Origin: Perkinsus chesapeaki ATCC PRA-425
Lineage: Eukaryota; Protista; Perkinsozoa
NCBI GenBank assembly: GCA_013115145.1
Contig: JAAPAO010000273.1
Span: forward strand, 1 to 44,200
Length of the DNA: 44,200 nt
Direction: 5' to 3'
The notes beneath the pieces were generated by a model. That model worked only from the letters and a program-made list of their open reading frames with translations, had not been told where the DNA came from and made no database searches. Positions 1 to 11,953 of the stretch are shown piece after piece. How positions within the stretch are numbered: position 1 is the stretch's first letter; the number at the start of each line of letters is the position of its first letter. Made by a program: the position numbers and the translations under genes.

Positions 1-775
1 ATGAGATTAAAGCAAGAGTTAGAGCACTTCGGCCAAACGCTCATGATGAGTTCCACTCAATCTTAGATATGGCAAAGGATAATTAGTTTATATCGGTTTA
101 CAGCTCTCTAATTGTCTGTACTGTTCTTGATATCAATCTTTAATGTCTGGTTCTTATTTCTTTGCTTTCCGAAAATGATATGCCTCTTGGTGAGCGTTGC
201 TGTTCTTTTGATGTAGTTAGTATTATTATTTTCCTTTTACTGTCATTTTTAACGTCAATTCTCATTGTTCTCGTCTGCTGTATTCGTTGAAGCCTTTTAC
301 GTCTCGGCACCGTCGTTGATTATTTTCGATGGCTCCTAATTTGGTGCGGACTCGAGACTGTTCTTCGACTGAAAAGTGGTTTTTCGTTTCGTGATGATGT
401 ATGGTTGGGGTTGAATTCAAGTCTGTAAACTGTTTGCTGGAAATGGCCGGGGTTTCTCAGCACGGGTCTGCAGCGAGGTTTTTAAAAGTCATAAATATCG
501 TCGTCGCATTTTGAAAATCCGCTGCTATCAACGCGATATGGGCAATGAACTAATGTGAATCTTGCTCCTGTCAACTGTATCAATATGGCACTGGTGTGAT
601 GGCACTCAAATTCGTCCTGCCTGTTTCCCCTCGTATGTTTTATGCCGTCCATTTGGGTAGCTAGTACACTCAGTGTAGCTTTCTGAAGCTTTTGGAACTG
701 GATAGATCTCACCGGTTATAATACGACTCACCGTAACCGTAGTGGTTCCGGACTTAGCTTGGCACTTCCTGGTTT

Positions 776-1520
776 ATGCTAGAGAAGCTCACAAGAGACC
801 TACAAGCGATAAAAGCTGAACAGCAAGCGCTGAACAAGCGAATTGCGCATCTGGAAGAAACGAGTACGCCTGCAACTGACAGGTGTAACCCTTAAGAGAT
901 ACTCCCGCTGCTGTGTTGGTAGTTTCGCGCCTCACCATCTCATCATCGGCGGCAGAGCCTTCGCATAGTGAACCTACCTCTGCTCAAGCTAAGAGCACCA
1001 GGCGAAAATCGCGCAGGAAGTCTTCTTCAATTATGGGAGGCAATGCAACGATTTTTAATGCTACGTCTATGCCCCGTTAACGGTAATGTAATTCTCTTCA
1101 GATACCCTGCAAAGATCGTGTACACTAAAGTTGGTATATGAAGATAATTCCCTTGAGGAAAAGTGCCCGGTCTGGCTGAGGGGAAGTGTCCAGAGGCACT
1201 TCAAGGAGACATTTCGCCACCACTTTGACGACAACCTGCACCACTACGAGTTCTCCGTGGGCGACCTTGCCACCCCTGGCGCTCTTATGCGAGTTGATGC
1301 TCAAGAGCGCTGCGAGCGAGCATTTTCTGGGATGAAAAGTCCCTTGTTGATTGCGACGGTTACCGAGAGTTTGCAATCAGTGGAGGATTGTCGCAACGCG
1401 GTCTCGGCAGACGAAATGTTAACAGCTGTGCCCGGAGGGATAATAAAGTGCGAAGTTAAAAATGAAGCATCCAACAACTTGTGCGTTGATTATTCCCTTC
1501 CCCCTGGAGTTATTGACTGA
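776..1520 (+). CDS. Hypothetical spliced gene with a short N-terminal coiled coil and a Cys/His-containing C-terminal exon
   Basis: ATG at 776 opens MLEKLTRDLQAIKAEQQALNKRIAHLEET (heptad-like), followed by GT...AG-bounded segments. The 129-aa ORF 1131-1520 looks like the terminal exon. Exon joins are unresolved and no family was recognised. Confidence 0.45.
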
Positions 1521-1748
1521 CCTATATGCTTATTTAATACTTAATGTTAATATAAGTATTATTATCTCGTATAAACAGTTATTTCTGTAACAACTGGTAT
1601 TAAAACAGGCAGGAAAATGAATCCACTCCGACACAGCAGTACATTACTATAAGAAAACGAAGGTGATACGCCTTCCAGCGTCCCATGTTACACTCTGCTC
1701 TGTTGATTCAATAGTGTTGAATACACTCTATTATAAGTATCTGTTGGC

Positions 1749-2339
1749 ATGTTGCGCTGCGTTGCTAGACCGTTTATGATGTTGTCTCCCGAGGACAAGA
1801 CAACGTGTTTCAAGATTAGGACACGCAGCTCAATGATAACTGATTTCCTTCCAGCTTTCTCATTGACTTCAATGCGCCTTGGAGAACCTTCGAGCCATAA
1901 CGACCCGCCTATTGCCGCCCCACACACGTATGTCAGACTTCTGCTCATGCCAGTACATCCCATGCTCAGGCAGCAAGCAGCCACCCCTGCTCCGAATGGC
2001 ATGCAGACCGCTGCAACAGGCGAGTCTCCAAAGGAAGAACCTTTGCCTCAAGAGCTACCTCCTATTGTGCTAGATAACAAAGTATGTATTTCCGCGCCGA
2101 CTTCGACTTGGCTCTTCGCAGTTCTTTTTGAGAATGGGCAATGTCAGGCGAAGAGTCCTCTCCTTATGGCCGCGGATATCACTACTGCTGTTCTTGAGAC
2201 AAGCCAGAAGAGAGTTGCAGCGGTTCTAACCAAAACTCGAGAACGACTGCTAGATTTTCCGGAGTTCTCCGATGACCTCAGTGACGCTTTGATCAGCGAT
2301 AAAGTAGACACCAGGCTGGACATCACTCGGTTCGCTTGA
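1749..2339 (+). CDS. Possible 5' portion of the downstream membrane protein gene, or a separate hypothetical ORF
   Basis: 196-aa ORF with a Pro/Glu-rich stretch and a good donor (AACAAA|GTATGT) near 2083. I could not establish an in-frame join to 2368. Confidence 0.3.
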   Translation: MLRCVARPFMMLSPEDKTTCFKIRTRSSMITDFLPAFSLTSMRLGEPSSHNDPPIAAPHTYVRLLLMPVHPMLRQQAATPAPNGMQTAATGESPKEEPLPQELPPIVLDNKVCISAPTSTWLFAVLFENGQCQAKSPLLMAADITTAVLETSQKRVAAVLTKTRERLLDFPEFSDDLSDALISDKVDTRLDITRFA

Positions 2340-2367
2340 GCACGGCTCTTGGATTACTCTATTCGAT

Positions 2368-4185
2368 ATGTGCCTTGTTCAGATACCTCACGCTCAGCTC
2401 TATCAGACGGCTTTGATAGCCTGTCTTGTCCCACTCGTCTCGATGGTTCCTTTCCTTATACCCATCTCCGGCCCCCTCAACCTCCCCCTTCTAGAGTGGT
2501 TGCCTGTCTTGTCATTACTCTGCTTCCAGTGCTGCTTTATGTTCGCACCATGGGCTAATAGATTTCTTTCCAACGTCTGGGGCGACAACAGTGTGAAGAA
2601 GTATTTTCAGATTGGATGCGTAGCTGCCGCCTGGCAGCTGCTGTGGCTCGGAATCATCCCCTATTTCACTCCCTACTGGCCGCTCCCGATGATGCCTCTG
2701 ATCGGATGTGCAACAATACTAGCTATCGTCTTCATGATATATTTCAGTCTTCCTCTGGAAATGCGCGTGCTTACCTCGTCGAGGTTTCGTATCCTCGGCG
2801 TGTTGTTGTCTGTCGGAAGCTGCATCGTCGTTTTCGGTATATCGTATCCATTTCTATTCTTTGTTTCCTCCAAGACGGCCGGGGATATCAGGCTCCTTGT
2901 AGGCTCCTTCTTTTATGTATTCCGAGCAATCTTTGAGAGGGTGTCCAAACACTTCGCGAAAAAGTACTGCATCGACTGCTACCCAATGATTGTTCTCTTC
3001 GCAATGTACGCATACGAGTTCTTCATATCCTCCGTCATCAGTAGCGTAAAGCAGCTCTCGGTTGCTATATTGCTCATTGGCTTGGATCTGCTAGAGAATG
3101 CCTACTATCTCTTGTGCATCTTTCGAGCTAGGCAGTCAATGCCTGCGCGCGGTGACATCTGCCCCGCGCTCCTCAAGGACGACATGTCGGATCAGGGACA
3201 TCAGAAATCGTGTAGAGAGAAGGAAAGAAATGCGAGTACGCGAAACAAGGACACTGAACAGTCGAATAATCCTCCGGCTGCCACACCTATGGAGTGTGCT
3301 AGCGAAGCCAAGAAATCAGCACATCGTGGCGATCGCCAAACCTCTCAACCCGGAGAGCTCGTGGAACTAAAACCGAATTTGTTGGAAGCGCCAGGTGGAA
3401 TCCATGGTGATTCAAATTCGAGGCGACAGAGCTCCCGGTCAAGCATACCGACTACCGCAGCAAGTGTACATGACTTTCATGCGGTGCACTTGCCCGAGCC
3501 AGTTGGTTCCCGAGAAGTAGACAATCCTGACATCCCTAAGCAGAGCGAGAGTTGGCCAGAAGAAGTGCCCTCCGAAGAAAAGCAAGCTGCGCGAGACATG
3601 AGACGCGGCTCTCATGAAAGTTCGCGGTCGTCACGAAGGGGTAGCTTACTGGAACTCATTGGTGATGCAGTGACTGGTATGAACCCCAAGATGCTTGTTG
3701 AGATGGCCGACGGTGGCTCCAAGCGTTCCTTGTGTATCGTTAGTATCGCCATATGCAAAGAAGTGGTTGAGATACTTGCGCCACTTCACTATCTTCTGTG
3801 CTCTTTAATGATTCGGACATTCAATTCGAAGCTGCATGATTCTTTGTGGAATGTTACAGATGAAGAGTATCGAGATGGTCTAATAAGGCTCGTCATTGAC
3901 ATTCTCGCCGAGGGACTTCTCTTTGCCCTTCTCGTGTACTTCATTCAACGATGGCTTGGTATATCTGTCATCTTGATAGCTCTCCGTTTGAGCCATCTGT
4001 TTTTCTGGCCATTCATTGGAATGCAAGTCTGCTTGATGACGCACTATATCGACCTCCAGTACACCAACGCTGGTATGAGTTTTTCCTTCGACTTCGAGTG
4101 GGTCGGCGAAAAGTCGAGTAATGTAACCTGGCATGGCGGCTACTGCTATACTTTTGGCAATGAGACCATCGAGGAAGCCTGCTGA
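2368..4185 (+). CDS. Multi-pass membrane protein (about 7 N-terminal TM helices, a polar loop of about 190 aa, about 3 C-terminal TM helices)
   Basis: Uninterrupted 605-aa ORF with many hydrophobic helices and a Ser/Arg/Glu-rich loop. The C-terminal KEVVEILAPLHY...LQYTNAGMSFSFDFEWV resembles, from memory, the xGxDFSFxFxW end of an uncharacterised oomycete/protist membrane family. The frame is open upstream to 2308, so the true start may be earlier. Confidence 0.8.
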   Translation: MCLVQIPHAQLYQTALIACLVPLVSMVPFLIPISGPLNLPLLEWLPVLSLLCFQCCFMFAPWANRFLSNVWGDNSVKKYFQIGCVAAAWQLLWLGIIPYFTPYWPLPMMPLIGCATILAIVFMIYFSLPLEMRVLTSSRFRILGVLLSVGSCIVVFGISYPFLFFVSSKTAGDIRLLVGSFFYVFRAIFERVSKHFAKKYCIDCYPMIVLFAMYAYEFFISSVISSVKQLSVAILLIGLDLLENAYYLLCIFRARQSMPARGDICPALLKDDMSDQGHQKSCREKERNASTRNKDTEQSNNPPAATPMECASEAKKSAHRGDRQTSQPGELVELKPNLLEAPGGIHGDSNSRRQSSRSSIPTTAASVHDFHAVHLPEPVGSREVDNPDIPKQSESWPEEVPSEEKQAARDMRRGSHESSRSSRRGSLLELIGDAVTGMNPKMLVEMADGGSKRSLCIVSIAICKEVVEILAPLHYLLCSLMIRTFNSKLHDSLWNVTDEEYRDGLIRLVIDILAEGLLFALLVYFIQRWLGISVILIALRLSHLFFWPFIGMQVCLMTHYIDLQYTNAGMSFSFDFEWVGEKSSNVTWHGGYCYTFGNETIEEAC

Positions 4186-4430
4186 TTTATTTACTATTTT
4201 GTAGCATTCTCGAGAAACTGTATTCTTTTTCCATGGTTATAGCTTTCCATGTACTTTCCATGACTAAGCCTCGGCGTGTACGCTGTTGAGGTAGTTGCGT
4301 TACTGTAGTGCACTCTGTGGATGGACGAAATCCCTTATTGCAACATTCAAATAAGAGGCTGCTGTGACAGCAGTGCTCTCAGCCACCTTCCGTTACTAGC
4401 ATCAGTCTGACGATACAATTAAAGGCTTAA

Positions 4431-7400
4431 TCATTCATGAAGACACTTGCTCTCGGTGCCGGTAAAAAGACGTTCGTACTTTCTAGGACTATGTCCTACA
4501 TATAAGGTAACCGCAGCCTCCACGCGACCAATTGACATCCCTCGATGTCTTGACAGCGGTACTTCAAGAACTTTCAACACAACATCATATATCAACGGCT
4601 CATGCAAAGCTACACCACCGGGCATACTAAAGAAGCATGCAATGGGATATTAAGGTCATCAAGAGCGGCATGACACAGAGCGACGATGAAAGGCTTCTCT
4701 GAAGAAATTCTCCCCACTCTAGACTCTTTCTGAAAAGCGAAATACGAGTACGGACTCCACACTTGCGGTCCTCACAATGGACTGTTGCAAGAAGCCAGAG
4801 CTGCGATCAGTGACGACATCGGACGTAAGGCTCAACCGGGCGAATTCCACAACACCAGAAATCTTATTCTCCTCGCTCGTGGGACACTCTTCGACACCCG
4901 CTCTAATTCGGACACCTGCGTCAGACGCAGTTCCAACAAGTACTGTCTTGCGTGCACCAATACCTTGCAAGCCATGTGTACTGTTGATGTGCTCTTCCTG
5001 GAACTGCGGGAGAATCACATGTGTGTACGCACTTGACTCATCCGCAGTAGCCTTCTCCAGTAGCTAACCGTGCCCAGCGTGCCCAGAATTATTGCTTTTC
5101 AGCTACCTTGATTGTAATATCAAAAATGCTGCCCTCGGGCAGCCCATCAGAGCAAGGGAGTATTGCGAGAACGATTTCTTCATCAGACGTCGGAACGAAA
5201 AAAATCTAGCATACGTCGGGGATACAACTTTTTAATAGAGAGTGTATCTACAGTAGAGTCTCCAGTGTTCGCGGTGAACTGCAATGGCAGCAGATAGGAA
5301 TGGCTGGACTCTGTCACCAAGAAGGCATCGTCAAACGCAAGGTAAGGCACCTAACAATGGAACTGATCTCATATCGCATGAGATTTCTCACATGTACAGT
5401 CAAGCTAGCGCGCACTGCCAGGATCTCTCGCGCAGCAGTTGATTCGTCCTGGCAAGGCTAATGAAGAGCGGATGTTTGATGCCGGCTCTGACATTGGCAA
5501 CTTGCGCGATTTTGTCTTTCAAGGCATCTCGCCACTTGCCCGCTGTGAAGTCGTACCAACAACTGAGCACTTCTGTATGGAACAAAGTACTAGATCTTAA
5601 AACCTGCCTTTCGCTTGCCCACTGCAGTAACGTATCAATGTTGGGAGGGAGGAAACGACTTGCCATGTGAGATTCCGGCAGCCCAGCCAAGGCCTGGAGT
5701 CCTAGCAGGTGCCATATAGCAAGCAGTGATCGATGCTACATCGGATTCAATTTCTGTCATAAGACGCCGCAGGAGCTCGATACGGCTCGACGTGAGAGTG
5801 TTCCTGATATACGAGAGATTGTCGAGCATCGGCAGGTTCGGTTTCAGCTCACGTGTGAGTGATGAGCTCTTCGGGATTCAAACCAGCCTTGATGAGGCCA
5901 TAAGCTAGAGTGATGGGGTTGCCATCACCCTCGCACATCGCGGACGTGCTAGGGGAAACCTCGCTGGCAGTCGTAAGCGCCTGAGAGGACATGCCGGAGA
6001 AATTATCGCACGCGGAAACTCACAAAGATACACGATTGAAATTGAAGCACTCCGTCTGCCGGTACGGGGTCTCCGTCGGGCAGTCCTGGAGGATCACCAA
6101 GCTCGTCCACATTGCGCCTCGAGTTCATAACCTAAGCAAGACGGACTGAGATCGAACAAAGTGACGGTAGACAGGCACTTGGCCTCGACGGCCATCGGTT
6201 TCCTGTGTCAACTGGTACCATCGAAAATGCGTCTCCTTGAACCTGCAAAGAACGGGCAAAAGAGTTTTCGCCTCATCGAATGTTACTATAATACGATCAG
6301 TTGCGAACTCAGCTTGGAAAGCTGACCGGTCGTACGAGGTCAAAAAAGGCAAATGCCGATCAGCGTTGGGAACCATCAGAGTTTGGACAGCATCATTTCT
6401 ATTTCGATCCGCAATTGCAGGTATATTCAGACCGCGGTTGCTCGGCGTGCTGCCCAGGGGACAGCCAAATGCGAAAAGCAGGTTTCGGAAGACTGCCAGT
6501 TTTTCTTCAGAATGGTTTCATACATGCAGCTTTCTTACGCTGTTTCGATGTCCCTATTTATCGAGTAACGTTGCTCAACTTCATCTCTCTCAGTGTACCT
6601 AAGTATCATCACGTAACGAAGAGGTATCTCGAGACTCTATGGCTACCATATTGTAGCTCGTATGGTGCCAACCTCGGGATAACGTTCGAATATGTGCCTA
6701 CGTAGATTTGTAAGAACCTGAATCCAGCAAGCTTGCAGTTACGTTGATGAGAGGCAGAGGCAGGGAGGCAAGTGCGAATCTCTAGCAGGCAAGTCATTCA
6801 TGTGCCAGTGCACGACTCGTGCACGAGACTGGCGCTGCCAACCAGCTTACCGTGGGTATCATAGACAGTTCTATGACTGATATATGATGTACATGGATCT
6901 GTGGAAGGAGATGAAACTTTAGATTGTATACGATGAGGCCGATCCTGCTGCCGTCCTGCTTGTGTATCCACCACCATGAAGCCTGATAAAACAGAAAGAA
7001 TAATGCCTCTTCTTGAACGAATCTTGCCTGCTCAGCGCCACCTTTGCTAGTAGCAGTGGAGCCATAGATAGCCCTATCGATAAGGTCCCATGTTCCTCGG
7101 GTAGAAGCGACGCTCATCGGATCAGCTTCGGTCGAGATGTAGTTTGCGAACTCGGCGCGCATGACGTCGGAGGTACATCGCGCCGGTTTGAAGAAGATGT
7201 CGAGCCCGGTGGGTGCCTTGTCTTCGTTGAGAGTTTTTCCTTCACCTGAAACATGTTTGATCAGCCGTTACTCGAAGACAGCCATGTTGTTTACCAGTAT
7301 GAGCACCCTCGATATGTTGCTCACCGTGCTCACCACTACCAGACGTGTCAGAGAACTTCGGTACGTGCTCATGGGCTTCAGCAGGCGACTCTCTGACGTG

Positions 7401-9253
7401 AGAATCCTAAACTACATTGACATTTCATATCTACTGCAGGTCAGCTTCCGGTAGACTGTCGGTTTTCAACGGTCGACAAGCCGCTGCTTGCTCTATGGCG
7501 TGGTTGAGTACAGACTCATCCAGCAGGATCATTTCGCACTTCCGAATCTTATCTACGAGGCAGCGGTTTTCAAACCAGCTAAGCTCTCGTCCGGTTACCA
7601 ATCTGGTCCTTATGAAGTGGCACGTGAATCGCTCGTGGTGCTCTCCTCGGTGCAGCCCGCTGGCGTGCCGATGCCGGTTCCGGGACAACTGGGTTCGGAG
7701 AGGCGACACTTGGGCTTACCAAGAATGGGTCACTGCAAACGAAAAAGACCTCTCATTAGGTGTTCAATATGCTCTTAGAGAGAGCAAGATATCAAATGCC
7801 ACTACAGAGTGATTTTGGAAATGTCCTGGGAGATAGGATAAGGACTATGGGCATTATTCTTCACAGCGCGCATGCTCATATCGCCAACTAATCGCGGGAG
7901 TTGCGCATCTTGGGCTCACCTTCTAGAGCTGAATGCGAAGAGCCTATGGAAGCTAGCATCTCCTAGCCATAGGGTGTCCGTCTTTATCTTTATAAGGTAG
8001 TTCGTCCCTGTCTCATCATGCTGCCATATCGGTCTTTCAGAAGGAGCATCTAGGACACGGAAGTCGCGCTTAACTTGCGGATATTATACCATTCAGGCAA
8101 GAGTCGTGGGACACAAGCGACTGTCTCCAATTCACGATAGCCTCAACAGTTTCCATAGAGGCCTGATCAGTTAATTGAGGCACTCCCCGTAACGCGTACC
8201 TCTCGAAGTGACAACAAATTGCTGAGGATCTCGGACCGCAAAGCAGCGGAGTTCACGGCGTTTGGCTGCTCACATATAACTTTGTCAATCTCATCTGAGA
8301 GGCCCGACAATCGGCAGCCCTTTGAGCTCGTTAGCACCGAGTTTGTGTATGACCGATTCTCTGCCCATGACGGCCCTCATCACGTTCTGTACCGAGGAGG
8401 CGTCTCGAGCTAGCCTATCAGCTTCAGCGAGAAGGAAGGAGGGATGCGTGCCGGGATGAAAGAACGATTGTGCATAGTGTCTGCCCGCCAGTCGCTTCCG
8501 TCTCCAGCGACTTCCGTGGACGTACTTCCTGTGATTCTCTGGTATCCGAAAAGCCCTCCAACATTCTCGTATATGATGGGCAAGCTGCGATACGAGTTGT
8601 TCACGCTTTTTCAAGTTGTCAGGTAAGATTGGACTGGTATTCTGTTTGATAACCGTCGGAGCGCGGTGCGAACCTCGGGTAATTGCGGACACACCGCGGG
8701 CACTACATTAAGGAAATCGTTAGTTAATTACTTATTGCCCATAAGACTCACGAGGCTTTGAAAGTCCGTCGACCAGTACTAGCTCGTTCTCTTTTCCTCC
8801 GCAACATTGCGCGATAGGCGCCACAGTTAGCGTCTCTAAGGGGGTCATATTCCGGAATTTTGCCGAGATAGAATCTATCGTCCCAGCCGGACCGGCGCTG
8901 AGCCTGATTCAAGATGAGCGTCCTCTGACGAACAGCTCGATGTATATAATAAAAAGTTGCCTAAGACCCTCGACTATGTAGGGTTACAAACCCCTTATGA
9001 CTGTGGAATGCTGAATCTAAACTGGAGTTCGGATTTGAAAGGCTCTCGTATATAGCAATACCAAAGGAACAAGATTAAGAGTGGTGATTGCCTAAAGATA
9101 CTATCAACGATCCGGCACCTGTTTCTTCTCGAGTACTGTCTTGTGACCAGGTCGATATCTAGGAGGAAGTAGATCGACCTCGCTAACCCTACTGGACCGA
9201 AGGGCGTCTGTACGCCTAGAGCCATCGGTGTTGATTGGGGGTATTAATGTCAT
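4431..9253 (-). CDS. Large multi-exon conserved hypothetical protein (coiled-coil N-half, possible GNAT-like central region)
   Basis: ATG at 9253 (MTLIPPINTDGS...LEKKQ|gt). Phase-compatible GT-AG exons give GWDDRFYLGKIPEYDPLRDANC, IRECWRAFRIPENHRKHY, LLSLRE|ASMETVEAIVNWRQ, GTNYLIKIKTDTLWL...FAFSSR|SDPFL, IDKIRKCEMILLDE, IGLIVYNLKFHLLPQIHVHHIS and FRWYQLTQETDGRRG. Likely last exon ends ...TESKCLHE* at 4431. Several middle exons are unresolved. Confidence 0.7.
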
Positions 9254-10127
9254 GAACTAGAGTGAGTTAAAGCTCAAATAAGACCAAGACGGCCGTATGC
9301 TTTCAACGTTGGTGCAAAGTACATGGCAATGAGGAGCTACTTGGGCAACATTTCAAATGATCTGATAATAATCGCTTTAATAACCACCTGAAGGCGCACG
9401 ACTGTCTTCCGGACTGGTAATAGTATTATTCTGAAAAAGGCTATTTCGACAGTCTCGAACCGTCCGATTGACTAATAAACGATATACACCGATATACGCG
9501 CGCTTCGATAGAGAATCATGAATCAGCACTAACTTTTCACCCTACACAAGGGGCAGGTTAGTAGCTTTGTTTACTGGAGTTGAGGACAACGACTTTTGAG
9601 AGTACCAACTTAACGCGACACAGCACTGCTTGAACAACGTAAGACACCAGCATGAAAGTAATCGGTAAAAATAAGTATCAAGATTGTCATCATCACCAAA
9701 CATTTAATAGTAACCATCGCACTGTAAATCTTGATGCAGATAAGTATTATTAGCTAGTAATATTCGCAGCGATAGTCCTACACTAATTTTCATGATAGAT
9801 GATTGATAAATAATAACTCTAACCATAAATGATTACTATAACATAATTGAGATAGCTGACAAGTACACGTCAGCGATAACCTCGTCTCCAAGGTGCGGAT
9901 TCGTGGACACGAAGTCAGCTGCGGTCATGGAAGATGATAAGCCCAGCCAAGATGACAAATGCTAATGAAGCTATCATACTAGCAGCCGCTGGTCAGAGAA
10001 AGCTGTGCAAATCACGGATACGAATGACAGCACTGTTTCTTGCCTATAGAAGGAGGCTTTTAGGTTATGATGAAGTTCAGAGGGTGAGCTTCTGATGGTA
10101 GCTATAATACCATTAACCTGAACTTGA

Positions 10128-11156
10128 TTATATCCTCCGGAGTGGAAGGCGCATTGTCGATAGCTTGGTTGCAGGATTCAATAGCCTGATCTCCCAGCCT
10201 CCGTCAGGGGCAGGGCAAATACGGATCATATCCCATTTGAGCGAAATGGTCCAGAAATTGAACTTAACGGTTTCTTCGTCAGCATTGTCGTCATTTGCTT
10301 CAGGTTGAAAGCAACCATCCTCTTTCTCCTCCAATTTGACCTCGGGAAGATCCACTGTTCGGTCACCATGAACACGTACAGTTGACAAAACATCTTCCGA
10401 CTTTGTAGATATACTCACCTCAATTCTGTGAGGGGACGACCAAGCTGTGCTCGTGTTATACACACCGTCGGGAGGAAATACCGTTCGTCGTCGTTTTACT
10501 TCGTCTTTGTTTTTCAAGGACGTTACCAACGGCATGCTGCGTTTGCTCGTACTCACGGTCCCTTCAGCCCTTGATGAGCTTGCCCCACTTCGATCTGATT
10601 CAGGGCCCTTTGAAAGCTTATAGCCGCAATGAGCACCGTATACAAATCTGTCTCCCTCCTTGGGAAAGAGGAGTACTGCAATTTCTGTGTCGACCAAACA
10701 GAAAAAGATCAGTGAACTACGGCTCCGTCCCCGAATACGTTTCGTCTTCCTAAATATGGTCGCCAAATTTCTTTTGAATGCTCTCTCTGTGTCAGAAGGG
10801 GGGTCAAACGCGAAGCAGTCGTTACCGGGAATCTCTCCCAGATTATCAACCTCCAACTCACCAGTCAAGGACTCTCGCTTTAACCAAACCAATGGGACCA
10901 TGCTGAGCATGCCTACTTTTTGGCGGTAGGATCTCATAACAGTAGATTTGATCTTGCCGGACATTTTCCCATCCCTATTTTCAACTTTTAGCTCGAAACC
11001 TTCGATGTCAGGTGCCTTGTCGCATTTTCCGGATCCGCTGTATGTCCCAGTTTCTATTCTATCAGTAACGCGTTCAAGTTGAAGAACAGGCTCTTTCGTG
11101 GCTGCTCCAATAACATACTTTATGAAGATAGATAATACAATACACTCTAGAATCAT
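10128..11156 (-). CDS. Secreted protein, two-domain, with a basic linker
   Basis: Intronless 342-aa ORF with a hydrophobic N-terminus (MILECIVLSIFIKYVIGA). Two domains each begin with a GxY motif (ETGTYSG, PDGVYNT) and are joined by a Ser/Lys/Arg linker (KRS...KRRR). Confidence 0.8.
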   Translation of the reverse strand: MILECIVLSIFIKYVIGAATKEPVLQLERVTDRIETGTYSGSGKCDKAPDIEGFELKVENRDGKMSGKIKSTVMRSYRQKVGMLSMVPLVWLKRESLTGELEVDNLGEIPGNDCFAFDPPSDTERAFKRNLATIFRKTKRIRGRSRSSLIFFCLVDTEIAVLLFPKEGDRFVYGAHCGYKLSKGPESDRSGASSSRAEGTVSTSKRSMPLVTSLKNKDEVKRRRTVFPPDGVYNTSTAWSSPHRIEVSISTKSEDVLSTVRVHGDRTVDLPEVKLEEKEDGCFQPEANDDNADEETVKFNFWTISLKWDMIRICPAPDGGWEIRLLNPATKLSTMRLPLRRI

Positions 11157-11953
11157 TTAGAAGGACGGAAGTACTACTAGAAGGAAAGCCAGTCCTCAAG
11201 CGATGGTTTCAACGTGTTTAACGATTAATAGAGCCACACGAAAATTACCAAAGAAAACTAACTAAGGCACTTTCCTTTCAGTTCTTCCCATCGGTCACAT
11301 GATGATAATTTATTGCCCCATTGACGATCCGAATTTCAACGATAAAACATTTCCCGACATTAAACGAGACGTGAAATATTACGAGTTTCATGGCGAGCGA
11401 GAAAGATACTGCGCGGACGAAGTAGAGAACAAAAGTTACTTCGCTCCGCTGAACAGTACCGCAATCTCTATTCGTTCGAAAGAACTATTCGACGAATAAT
11501 CGAATGACTTATTAATCTATCGAACGATATAATAGCTTAAATATCCGGTTATTCAACTCGTGGCGATGCTACGAAACAATAGAAACAATCAAGCCGCATA
11601 TCTGTCCCCATTGCCGTTGAAGCACTCTCCAAACACTTCCTACCTTCGGCAGTCGGCACGATTATTAGACTGCATCATTATTAACTGCTAAGAAAGTGCT
11701 ATTGTCAGCCTCATCGAGTCATAATAACATAAACGCTAATACCAGACTGCATTCCCTTCTACGCTAGAACATCTGTTTTCTAACATTGCACAAGCTGTAA
11801 CGGTTCGCCAGTTCTAGCTCCAAACAGCTAAGGGACTGTGCTAGTGTATCCTACCTTACTAACAGCTTATTTCGAGTATCGGTGTTAATACTTTTGCCTC
11901 TCAGTTTTTTGTATTAAGTGCGTGTTAGCGCGTTTACTATAGACTTTAATATT

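Noticed and set aside
1-712. Minus-strand ORF 482-712 and A-rich minus-strand sequence
   Set aside because: Frames are interrupted by stops and have no recognisable motif; this cannot be distinguished from intergenic or decayed DNA at the window edge.
6301-6705. 134-aa plus-strand ORF
   Set aside because: It is most likely a shadow of exons of the minus-strand gene, with no independent start context or motif.
7431-7709. Walker B-like MILLDE
   Set aside because: No Walker A motif was found, and the context fits a helical segment of the conserved hypothetical protein.
8995-9225. ORF with an integrase-like string (PFGPVGLARSIYFLLDIDLVTRQ)
   Set aside because: There is no first catalytic Asp and no downstream DDE elements. 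An overlapping frame forms the first exon (ATG 9253, donor after LEKKQ) of the large spliced gene.
11299-11499. 66-aa ORF between divergent genes
   Set aside because: Short and AT-rich with no motif or splice support; probably promoter or intergenic DNA.
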